A DNA stretch of 64,000 nucleotides, from NCBI GenBank assembly GCA_963842525.1, contig CAWJGT010000023.1:160001-224000 (forward strand), in the 5' to 3' direction. Positions 8,080-17,549 of the stretch are shown piece after piece. The DNA comes from an uncultured Holophagales bacterium (lineage in GTDB: Bacteria > Acidobacteriota > Thermoanaerobaculia > Multivoradales > UBA5704). The stretch's first letter is position 1; the number at the start of each line of letters is the position of its first letter. The position numbers and the translations under genes are program-made. A model generated the notes under the pieces. The model was not told the DNA's origin. It saw nothing but the letters and a program-made list of their open reading frames with translations, and made no database searches.

Positions 8080-9207
8080 CTACTTGGTCTTCAGCTCAGC
8101 ACCATCAGGAATCACTCCGTAGTCCAGATAGCGCCACAGCGCGATCAGCAGCTTGCGGGCCAGGGCCACGATCCCCACCCGCCGAGAACGGCGACTCCCA
8201 GGGCCATAGCGCTCCCGAAACCACAAGCTCAGGCGGCTCTGCGGTTGGAAGCGCAACCATCCCCAAGCGATCTCGATCGCCATCACCCGGATCCGGCGAT
8301 TCCCCGCCTTGCTGATCCCCTGTTCGATGTTGACCGTGTCACCACTCTGATAAGGCATCGGCGCCAGACCCGCCAAACCGGCCACCTCTCGACGGTTGCG
8401 GAACTGCCGCCAACCGAAGAATTCCACCACGAACAGCCAACCACTGCTGTCCCCAATCCCCTTGAGCTTTTGCAGCCGCTGCACCTTTTCCGTCGCTTCC
8501 ACTGTGGCCTTCTGGCGAAATCGTTCAACCGCTGCAATCTGACTCTCCAGAAGAGCCAGCCGCTCGCCCTCTCGCCTCAGACGCTCCCGCAAGCTCGAAA
8601 GCAGCCTCTCGCCGTTCCACTGCGTCGCCTGATCCAACTGCTGCAGGAAGCCCTTGCCGACCTTCACTCCCCGAGCCCCCACGCTGGCCAGCAGGCCCTT
8701 GATCCGATTCGTGTGGGCCGTCCGCTCCTGCTTCAGCGACTCAAGCTCCCGGGCCAGGTGACGCTCATCCTCCTGCTCGGGCGTCGGCGCGTGCGCCACC
8801 CCGAACACCTTCTTCTCCCCGCGCTCGTAACGGATCAACAATGACAGCAACTTCTCCACGTCCACCCCATCCGTCTTGGCCCGCCGATGCCGCCGATTCA
8901 CCTCGATGCTCGAGGAGTCCATGACGACGTTTTCCACTCCTTCCGACAGCAGGAACCGATGCAACCAGAACCCATCCCGCCCGGCCTCGTAGCAACTCAC
9001 CACCCGAGCCGACTCCGGCACGCCGAGGCGATGCTTGGCCCGAGCGATCTCCAGCATCAGCCCGTTCAGATCGCCGGCCGCAACCGTCCGCTGACTCGCC
9101 TTGCGTCCAGCCTCCACACCAAACCCCAGCCTCCACTCGCTGGCGCCGAGCTCCAGGGCCATGTGCAACACCGCCTCCGTTCGCGTAGACTCGGTCGTCT
9201 GGTTCAT
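8080..9207 (-). CDS. IS110-family transposase / bridge recombinase, 375 aa
   Basis: RuvC-like DEDD region ALELG...CYEAGRDGFWLHR...RRAKTDGVD; C-terminal KGIG...AGLAPMPYQSG...GISKAGNRRIR...VALARKL. AGGAG RBS before MNQTTEST. Confidence 0.95.
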   Translation of the reverse strand: MNQTTESTRTEAVLHMALELGASEWRLGFGVEAGRKASQRTVAAGDLNGLMLEIARAKHRLGVPESARVVSCYEAGRDGFWLHRFLLSEGVENVVMDSSSIEVNRRHRRAKTDGVDVEKLLSLLIRYERGEKKVFGVAHAPTPEQEDERHLARELESLKQERTAHTNRIKGLLASVGARGVKVGKGFLQQLDQATQWNGERLLSSLRERLRREGERLALLESQIAAVERFRQKATVEATEKVQRLQKLKGIGDSSGWLFVVEFFGWRQFRNRREVAGLAGLAPMPYQSGDTVNIEQGISKAGNRRIRVMAIEIAWGWLRFQPQSRLSLWFRERYGPGSRRSRRVGIVALARKLLIALWRYLDYGVIPDGAELKTK

Positions 9208-9294
9208 CGGGGTTCTCCTTTCTAACCCGTTAAAGTTCCCCGAAACATACAACCGGCGACCCGCTTTTGCATCCCCCCTCGCCCTGCATAGCAT

Positions 9295-9695
9295 CTGAGT
9301 GGGGGCCGGCGTAGCGATGCGGCTTCAACTGCCCGCCTGGAACTCCACGGAGGACCGGAGGCCACGGGAGCTTACGCTCGGGCCGGCAGCCCCTCCCGAG
9401 GAAACGGGTGGCACCTATTCCGGCAGCACCTATTCCGGCAGAACACGGACGGGCACGGCGACTCGGCCGGCCGGGAACGGCTTCAGGGGAAAAAGGGTGC
9501 GCTCTACCGCACCCTTTCGGGCTGAAAGGGGGCGCTCTACCGCACCCTTTTTCGAGGTGCCCTTGCCCCTCGGCTTGGCTTTGTCCTACCTGAAGTAGAG
9601 CTGAGATGCTGGGACGGACACGGAGGGCGCTCGGGCGGAGCTCAGGGTGGCCGGCGTGACGGCAGGGCCTCAACTGCCCGCCTGGATGCGGGTCT
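9295..9695. repeat. Composite repeat block (right half of the IS target repeat, hairpin unit, further repeat unit)
   Basis: 9295-9440 matches 2362-2525; 9453-9555 matches 256-355; 9570-9690 matches 2125-2237 and 7650-7720. Confidence 0.8.
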
Positions 9696-9728
9696 GCCAG
9701 AGGAGGTAGGCCTCCGCCCCAGGCGAGG

Positions 9729-11783
9729 CTACTCCAGAAGGCTCTTGAGGAGGGCATCCCTTGCATCCACGTAGAACTGGATGCTCAGCTTGGCGGCCAT
9801 TTCGTCGGAGAGGTCCATGAGCTGCTTGCGCGCGGAGATGGAGACCAGGAGGGCTGAGGCCCCCTTCTCCACGGCCAACTCGGCGATGTTGACGGCGCCG
9901 TGGACTGGATCGATGGAGCCGCCGAGGTTGAGCTGGCCGACTACGATGAGTCCTCCTTTTACGTTTTTCTGGAGAAGAGCGCTGCAGAGCGCCAACAAGG
10001 CTGCCAGGCCGGTGGCGTTTCCACTTTTGGCGGTGTCGAAGGCTCGGAGCTGCACGGAGAACTCGTGAGAGCGGGGGTCACGGTCTCCCACCAGTTCCTT
10101 GGCGCGTGAGTAGAGGTTCTGCTCGGCGTACTTCACGCTCTCCCGGAAGGATGGCGGGGTGGGTGCATTCAAGATCCTGACTCCGGAGCCGGCTCCGACG
10201 GTGACGTCGATCCTGAAGAGACCGACCGGATCGTTGGCTCCGCCTGGGCTGATTGTCCAGATCTGACCCGGAGGCAGTGGATCGGGTCCGATCTCGTTCT
10301 CGCTCTGGAGCTCTGGGGTCGCCACGAACTTTTCGACGCCTTCCGTCCCGAGGTGATAGCTGAAGTGGGTGTTGCGGAACTCGGCCGAGCCGATCCGCTT
10401 TTGCTGCTCCTTGACGCGGCGCCGACACTCCAGGGCAAGTCGCACCGCCCACTCAAGGTCCTCGTCTGAGACCTGGGACTCTGGATTCGGAAAGACGAGC
10501 TTGAGCAGGCCGGTGACGGTCTTCTGAACGGCTGTGATGTCGCGGCCACTCAATGCCCCTCCCCAAAAGACGCGGTTTTGGAGAACACTTCCACGCCCTT
10601 GCATACGCACGCGGTGCCAACACTCGGAGAGGAAATCGCTCACGAGCCCGAAGTGGTTGGTGAAATGTTCCAGCGGGGAGAGCTTCGGAACGTCCCATCC
10701 GGCGAGATAGGCGTGGATCCGGTCCATGAAGGCGGTGTCGTTCCGCATCTCTGGAGGCAGGGGGCCGAGGAGGTGGCCGATCCGCTGTTGGTGCTCCACG
10801 TCCACGTCGAAGTTGCCGACCATGACGATGCCGCCGTCGGCGCGGATGCTCTCTTTTCCGCGGCTGAACTCGCCGGACTCCATGTAGCCCTTCATGATGT
10901 TGACGCCGTCCTTCTGGTCGAAGGAGACGCCGGAGACCTCGTCGAAGCAGACGACGTCGTACTGGCAGACGAGGCCCCGCTGGCCGGTCGCGTTGTTGAC
11001 GAACATCCGGGCCACCGTCGCCTTGCCGCCGGAGATGAGGTGGGCGTACGGCGAAACCTGCTGGAAGAGGTGGCTCTTGCCGGTGCCACGGGGGCCAAGC
11101 TCGACCATGTTGTAGTTGCGCTCGACGAACGGGACCATGCGCAGGAGCATTATGTCCTGCGCCCGGGGCGTGAGCGCTTCGGGCTCGAGGCCGATGCTGC
11201 GGAGCAGGAACCGCTTCCATTCCTCTGTGGAGAACAGCTCTCGGCCGCGGTAGAGTGGCTCCAAGATCTCGCGCTTGCAGAGCTGGATTTCGCGCAAGCT
11301 GACGACGCCGAATGGCCGGCCGTTCTTCTCCTGGGCGATGGCGGCGTCGTACTCGAGCTCCACCTCGGCGTAGAAGCCGCCGGTGAGCATGCGCTCGTTC
11401 TCGCTCACCAGCCGGCTGTCGATCCGCACGTCGTTGAGCTGCAGGCTCGGAAGGGTGACCAGGTAGGAATCGGTCTTGGCATCGAGCCGTGTCTGGACGA
11501 TGTCGATGATCTTGACCGATCCCTCTTCACGCGCACGGGCTTTGAACAGCTCCTCCTCGCCTGCACGGACCGTACGGTTTGAGAGCTGCCGCTCGACGAT
11601 CTGAAGACCTTCCTGGATCTCCTCTTCGTCGGTGCTGGCGCAGTAGCGGCCGAGCAGGAACTCCACGACGTAGGTCGGGACCGGATACTGGGCCTTGAAT
11701 TTGCGCACCAGGTCTTTGCGAACCACAAAGCCCTCGAAGGCCGTGGCCGCAAGCTGGTCGATGCCATCGAGCACGAAGATCAT
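9729..11783 (-). CDS. brxL: BREX Lon-related AAA+ protein BrxL
   Basis: YPVPTYVVEFLLGRYCA; MVPFVERNYNMVELGPRGTGKSH Walker A; YDVVCFDEV; IMKGYMESGEFSRG; DTAFMDRIH; C-terminal Lon-protease-like domain. Overlaps the pglZ stop. Confidence 0.92.
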   Translation of the reverse strand: MIFVLDGIDQLAATAFEGFVVRKDLVRKFKAQYPVPTYVVEFLLGRYCASTDEEEIQEGLQIVERQLSNRTVRAGEEELFKARAREEGSVKIIDIVQTRLDAKTDSYLVTLPSLQLNDVRIDSRLVSENERMLTGGFYAEVELEYDAAIAQEKNGRPFGVVSLREIQLCKREILEPLYRGRELFSTEEWKRFLLRSIGLEPEALTPRAQDIMLLRMVPFVERNYNMVELGPRGTGKSHLFQQVSPYAHLISGGKATVARMFVNNATGQRGLVCQYDVVCFDEVSGVSFDQKDGVNIMKGYMESGEFSRGKESIRADGGIVMVGNFDVDVEHQQRIGHLLGPLPPEMRNDTAFMDRIHAYLAGWDVPKLSPLEHFTNHFGLVSDFLSECWHRVRMQGRGSVLQNRVFWGGALSGRDITAVQKTVTGLLKLVFPNPESQVSDEDLEWAVRLALECRRRVKEQQKRIGSAEFRNTHFSYHLGTEGVEKFVATPELQSENEIGPDPLPPGQIWTISPGGANDPVGLFRIDVTVGAGSGVRILNAPTPPSFRESVKYAEQNLYSRAKELVGDRDPRSHEFSVQLRAFDTAKSGNATGLAALLALCSALLQKNVKGGLIVVGQLNLGGSIDPVHGAVNIAELAVEKGASALLVSISARKQLMDLSDEMAAKLSIQFYVDARDALLKSLLE

Positions 11784-14170
11784 TCTTCTTCACCTACGAC
11801 AGTATTTTTCCGGGCCACGACGCGGCCCTGAGGGTCCAACAAGACCACGGTCGCCGCGGTTCCTTCGTCATCCGGATTCTCCACGACGAGGGAGCTTTCT
11901 CCTTCAGCACTGACGGGTTTGGGCTGCGCATCCTTGGCAAGGGAACTCGCCGGGTCAGCGGCTTTGGTACGTAGGTCCACCTGCCAATCAGTTCCGGAGG
12001 ACACAACCTGGATGCGGCAACGCAACCCGAGCCACCGGACAGAGACCACGGCCGGCGGCGGGCCGGCCGGCTGGGCAGCGCGCACCACGAAGCCCGGCAC
12101 GACGCACTCCTGCAAGCTTAGACTGCCGTGGGAGTATTCGATTCCCCCGCGGAAGCTGCCGATTCCAGGCGCGAGCGCGATCCGTATGTCGGGATTCCAG
12201 TGCCATGGAGCTGTCGGGAGATCGACCTTCGATCCTGGCTTGAGGATTCCGCAGCGCGTCCATTGGGTTTCTACCAGGTAATGGGGCATTTCCACTTTCG
12301 GGAGATTTCCCGGAACGAGGAGCCAACCATGGTCCGTGACCACGCGGACCTCACGCCAGCCCGCCTCAAGGAGGCACCTGATGCGGTCCACGAGGCCGGC
12401 GATTTCTTCGGAAATGCGGCCCGCGAGCTTCGCCCCCTCTTTGTGCCCTCGCCGGTCAATTTCTCCGCATTCGGTCCATGCACGGCCTGTGGGGTCGCCG
12501 GTATCGTCACCGCGCAAATCCTGAAAGCCTCGCTCGGTCAGGAGCTTGCGGAAGCGCTCGCTGGTCAGCGGCTGGCCCGTGGCGCGGACCAAGGGGCGGA
12601 ACGGATCGCCGTCGATTCCCTCTCCGGTGACGAGATCGGCCACGGGTGAGGCCGCAGGCTTGGCCGTGGGAGTGACCGGAGGCAGGGGAACCCAGCGCCA
12701 GCTCTCTTCGACGAGCAAGCCGTCTGACTCCAGGGCTGTGCGCAAGCGTTTGCCGACATCGAGGCGTAAGCCGTCCGCAAAGACGATGCAGGTTCCCGGC
12801 TCGATCGCAGCCAGCTCCCGAGGTGTCGCGCCCTGGATGTCCCGAGGGTTCTCGCGAACGAGATCCTGGAAGCGCTCGGCTCCCGCTTCAAGCCATGGAT
12901 TGTAGACAGCTTGGACCGCGGTCTTGACGGCGGCCAGATCCGCAGCACTGGCGACCCCTGCGAGAGCGTCGAGAACCGCGGCGTCAGCCCGCCAGCCCTC
13001 GGCCACGTAGGCCCTAGCCATGGCGGGCGCATCCTCGCCTCCGAGCTTCGTCCGTGTCGCACGGGCCAGAAGGGACAGAGGCTCGAGTACCCTTGCGAGC
13101 GGTGCCTGCTCCAGCTTTGCCCAGACCCATCCGCGGCGCTCACCGTGCATCGACTCGAGCTTCTCGATCTCAGTGGCGGCGGCATCCGGCGGGAGCGAGC
13201 CGAGGCGCTCCAGGGTGCTCCGCAGCTCGGCCTCGGCCCTTTCGTTGCATTGGGGCCAGCACTCGCGCTTGAAAAACAGGGAGTCCTCGTCTTTCGGTTT
13301 CGCGCGGCGCATAAGCACCGTCAAGTTCGGGTAAGCCTTCGGCGCCTCCTCGAACCGTGACCACACCAGATCCCACTTCTTGTCCCGCGTTCCCAGACTT
13401 TCCGCCGCCACCAGCTCTCCGTCTTTTTCGGGATCGAAGTGGTAACGCTCCCGGCAAGCATCGCGGAATACCTGCCACTCCTCGGTCGTCCAGCCCTGGC
13501 GCGTCGCCGCGGGCGCATTGAGCCAGCGGAGGAGCTGTTTCACGTGGTCCGGATGGAGGAGGGCGTGGAAGTCGGCCGCGTAGAGAGGGCGCACGCGCAG
13601 CTCTGCCACGGGGGTGTCGGCGAGCTTGGCGAGAGCATGAAGAATGGATTCCCGCGTGGTGGGGTCGCTTACCACGTCGAGCTCAAGCCCGCCGCGCTTG
13701 GAGCTGAGGAAGCCGGAGACGGTCCAGTCCTTCGTATTCTCCTGGGTAAACCACACTCCCCGGTATTGCAGTTCTGCCAGGGGTTGGAGCTCTCGCGGGC
13801 ATTCCTCGACTGCACGAAGCTCTTGCCGACTGACTCCCGGGAGGTACAGGATAGGAACCACTTGCTCGGGCCAGTCCGCCTCTGGAAGCGTGCGCGCGAG
13901 CATGCACTTGAGCCAGATCGCAGGTCCCGTCCGCTCACGCGGTGCATAGGTGCCGAGCGTCAGCAGTTCCGGGAGAGCTTCGCGCAGCCGGTACGCGAGT
14001 GGCTCCCACTGGCGGTCCTTATCCGTCCAGAGGATGACATCTGGCCGAGTCTGATCCTGTGCGTTGTACTCGCTGGCTCGCCGGAGCGCCCGCACCAACT
14101 CGAAGAGAACCGTGCCCTCGCGTAGGTTTGTGGGCTCGCGCTGCGGCGCCGCTGCGGTACTTTTGGCCAT
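11780..14170 (-). CDS. pglZ: BREX PglZ alkaline-phosphatase-like protein (type B-like)
   Basis: ILWTDKDRQW, GPAIWLKC, LYLPGVSR, LAELQYRG; PglZ domain VFADGLRLD, PPVTPTAK, VVTDHGWLL, YSHGSLSLQEC. Confidence 0.92.
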   Translation of the reverse strand: MAKSTAAAPQREPTNLREGTVLFELVRALRRASEYNAQDQTRPDVILWTDKDRQWEPLAYRLREALPELLTLGTYAPRERTGPAIWLKCMLARTLPEADWPEQVVPILYLPGVSRQELRAVEECPRELQPLAELQYRGVWFTQENTKDWTVSGFLSSKRGGLELDVVSDPTTRESILHALAKLADTPVAELRVRPLYAADFHALLHPDHVKQLLRWLNAPAATRQGWTTEEWQVFRDACRERYHFDPEKDGELVAAESLGTRDKKWDLVWSRFEEAPKAYPNLTVLMRRAKPKDEDSLFFKRECWPQCNERAEAELRSTLERLGSLPPDAAATEIEKLESMHGERRGWVWAKLEQAPLARVLEPLSLLARATRTKLGGEDAPAMARAYVAEGWRADAAVLDALAGVASAADLAAVKTAVQAVYNPWLEAGAERFQDLVRENPRDIQGATPRELAAIEPGTCIVFADGLRLDVGKRLRTALESDGLLVEESWRWVPLPPVTPTAKPAASPVADLVTGEGIDGDPFRPLVRATGQPLTSERFRKLLTERGFQDLRGDDTGDPTGRAWTECGEIDRRGHKEGAKLAGRISEEIAGLVDRIRCLLEAGWREVRVVTDHGWLLVPGNLPKVEMPHYLVETQWTRCGILKPGSKVDLPTAPWHWNPDIRIALAPGIGSFRGGIEYSHGSLSLQECVVPGFVVRAAQPAGPPPAVVSVRWLGLRCRIQVVSSGTDWQVDLRTKAADPASSLAKDAQPKPVSAEGESSLVVENPDDEGTAATVVLLDPQGRVVARKNTVVGEEE

Positions 14171-17100
14171 CTATTTCCCTCGCGGGGCCCGCGCGGCGCG
14201 TTTCTCAGTGTTGGTGTAGTGGCAATCGTTCACCCGCTCGCCGGTGAACTCGCCGTTCTTCCAGAACCAGGGGAACTGCTCCTCGGGGCGAAGGCTCTGT
14301 GAGTCGGTGCCGCGGTCCTTGGTCCAGTTGATACGTGGGTCTTTGCGAAGCACGCCAGCTTCCACGAAGGGGCGGATGTTCGTGCGCACACCGTCATTCA
14401 GATCCGGATCCCAGCCGATGGGCTGGGAATCGAGGGGCTTCCAGCGGACGAAGATGTCGTAGGGCGGCTCACCTTCGAGAATTAGGGCAAGTTTCCTCTG
14501 GAGGGTCTCGACCGCTGCAAGGCGGTCTTCTGCGCCAGGCTCCCCGGCTTCCATCCCATGGCGTTGATGTATGATCCAGTCACCGAGTACCGTGTAGGCG
14601 AGGCGCTCAAGGAGTTTGTGGTCCAGTTTGTGATAGTTGACGAGAGCCGCGAAACCGTCGCGCCGTCCGTCCCAGATGTGCCAGATAAAGGGATTCTGAT
14701 GAAAAATTTCGCAGTGCTGCTCGAAGAATCTATCGCGTAGCCAGTTTTCGAGAGAGCTGCCTGAAAACCCTGCCTTATCAAGGAGGCTCAGGCAGCGTGG
14801 CCGGCGTCCACGCAACGTCATAAGCTTGCACGATAAGTCTATGGATTCGGTCCGCAGCAGCCTGCTCGCCACGCACGGGCGGGATGCATACAATTCCGTC
14901 AAGATCGACAAAGCTGAGTAAATCGGCACACCGCTGGGCCAGACCCCTGGCCCGGCTGCTGAGGTGCATAGTTTCATCGACCTCCGCAGGCCAGCGGTAG
15001 CCTAACAGACGCGCCAGCACCACCTGCAATGGCGCACTAGAGGCCTCCGGGCGGCCATGAAACAGCCACTGCGTCGGATCGTCGCTCTCTGGTTCAGGCA
15101 ACCCGCCGGGATATTTCTCGGCGGCCATTTTTTGCCAGTGACTAAGGTCAAAAGGGACCTTACTAACTGTGGCATTGTTCACCTTAACGGACTGCTCTAG
15201 GTCCTTAAGAAAACCCTTGAAGAGAGGAGAGCAGATGAATGCCCATAAAGCTGGAAGATGAGCCTCGTTCTTTGGCACTACGGCGGTCACGTTGCTGTCA
15301 AAAATTTCACCAAAGTACCTGGCGGCCGTGACGCCGCCCATGAGCTTTACGACCACTCCCTGTCTGCCCCATGCGGATCGCCCTTGTAATCTTGCGAAAG
15401 GCGACTCACCTTGCTCAAAGTCTACTGCATAAGAGGCTCCATCGACTAGTCGAGTAGCCCTTGGTGCGCCATGCAGCAATCGCCATCGCGTACCAACACT
15501 TTGCACTTCCCACCAGTTCCGCCGTAGTCGACCGTCATCTCCTGTCTTTATGCCTTGCGGCGCCAAAGCATAAAAGGCAAGAGGAGAATGAGGAGACAGT
15601 GACTTCATGCCGATTCGCGCGTCGGGATTCGTAAGTTGCTCTTTCTGTTCAAATAATAGCGTGATGTCCTCGGTACCAGAACGAAGGGCAGCCTCCTTGT
15701 AGGCATGCTTCTTTGACGCGGAAGCATCCAAGCCGAACGCGACATGTTTAAGGTGAGCAGCTGAGTTAGTGATAACCACTAATGCGGTAGTTGCGGCCCA
15801 GAAATTCATGCGTCGGAACGCATTAGCACCAAGTCGAACGATGACATCCAGTTGCGATTCGCGGAGTAGGCGACTACGAGTGTCAACGTATGCAGGAAGG
15901 AAGAGCCAGTTTTGCGGGGTGACTAGTGCTGCTGAGCCGCCTCTGTCGCAGAGATCCAGGCAGCGAAGTACGAAACCGGTGGCTAGATCGGCCTTACTTT
16001 TACCATAATGTTTCTCAACATGAATCTTAAGCGCGTCGTCCTGCTTGCCCCGGCCGAGGTAGGGAACGTTAGTGATGACCAACGTGTGCGACTGAGCCAA
16101 GATCGCCCCGGCGCTTGCCAATCCCTGCGCTACGATTCCGACCTCAATGGCCTGCGCGTCACTTCTCACCTCCTCGCGAGCAAGCGCGTGTTCTACCAAT
16201 GGCCGCAGCTCGTCAAAGGGTACTTCTTGGAGAACTCTCTGCTCCAACTCTCGCCGCGGATCGATTAGACTTCCAAGGATGGGAGAATCCTTAAACAAAT
16301 GGTAGAGACGCCGGATACCCTGCCGCAGGCGTTCGTCCTTACCTGCCAACTTGAGCCACTCCTCTTCCTTCGCTCCAACCGAAAGTCCTGAGCACGCAAT
16401 ATGGAGCTTAGGCAGAGGTCGATAGCCACCGGCCTCAGGGTAGGTCCAAGCTGAGAGAGCCAAGTTGAAAGCTGCGATCTGCGTGCACCGCTCGTCGATC
16501 TCCAAGCCGAAGAGGTTTTCGCGCACTACCGCCTCACACGCCTGCCGGGCCGATAGCTCCTCCTCGATCCTTCGGAGGGACACGAGAATACGGAAAGCTT
16601 CCACAAGAAAGTGCCCCGAACCGCAGCAGGGGTCGAGCACCGCAATGTCGGCAGCCCGGTCGGGCCACCCATTGAAGGTGCCCGCCGTCGGGCGCCATGG
16701 ACTGCGCTCCTCCGGGCGTATAAATCGTAGATAGCTCCACTCGTAACCGGGAAGCGCACATGCAGCCCGAAGCTCCACTTCGCTCGTTGCCGTGACAGCC
16801 AGATCCGGCTTCTGGGCCAACACCTTTCCCGCCCACCAGGCACCCAAGGTGTTGTGGAGCAGGAACTGCACCATGTACGGCTCGGTAAAGAGCTGCGTAA
16901 CCGCCGGAAGCTCGTCGGCACCAATCTTGTGGCCACTCTTGTTGACTTCCTTCTTCCGTTTTGATTGCCAGAACTGGTAGACCCAGCCCAGGCCGTCGTC
17001 GGCTGTGAAGACCTCGCTCGGAAGCCCGGCGAGAAACCTCTCCAATGGTTGCTGATGCTCAGGCGCCAGACGCACAGAGAGGACGGGATCGTCCGGCCGG

Positions 17101-17536
17101 AAAATCGCGGGCAGCATCCGGGCCGCGAAACGAGCGGCCAAAGTCCATCCGTTCTCCACGCCAGCCTCGGCCGCGAGCTCCTCGCATTCAGCGAGCGTCA
17201 CGGGCACTTCGTGATCGGGGTGGATGAGGAGTTGATTCTCGGCCAAGAAGCGGGCAAAGAGCATCCGGTGCCAGTGTTCGTAGGCACATTCTGAAACCAG
17301 GTGCCCGATCTCCTGTTCGCCGTTCGCCTTGCGGGAGTCACCGAGTTGGCGCGCATGGGCTCGGAGATGGGTCCGGAGCTCTCGATCTCCGCCGGAGTCA
17401 TGGTGGCGAACGGCTCGGCAAGCCCGACGGCCAAGCGCTGGAGCGACGCGCGGGCGCCCTCTTCTGCCTCGTCACGGGCCTTAACCACCGTGTTTTCGAG
17501 CCGGCTTCTGAGTGATTCCGGAAGTGATGACATCAA
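14171..17536 (-). CDS. pglX: BREX adenine methyltransferase PglX, split by two frameshifts (~17385, ~14790)
   Basis: Joined from ORFs 17198-17536, 14778-17264 and 14171-14977: AYEHWHRMLFARFLAEN, ELPAVTQLFTEPYMV, LDPCCGSGHFL (motif I), ITNVPYLGRG (motif IV), PFIWHIWDG, GWDPDLNDGVR. Confidence 0.92.
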
Positions 17537-17549
17537 GCCTGTCCTCTTG

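Larger units (their letters stand above)
7721..9294 (-). mobile_element. Complete IS110-family element (long 3' non-coding end, IS1111-like layout), 1574 bp, inserted at a CT core
   Basis: Flanks GGGCGGAGCT (7711-7720) and CTGAGTGGGGGCC (from 9295) rejoin to match the empty repeat GGGCGGACCTGAGTGGGGGCC at 2354. CT is present on both sides; short sub-terminal CTATG/CATAG inverted motif. Confidence 0.9.
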
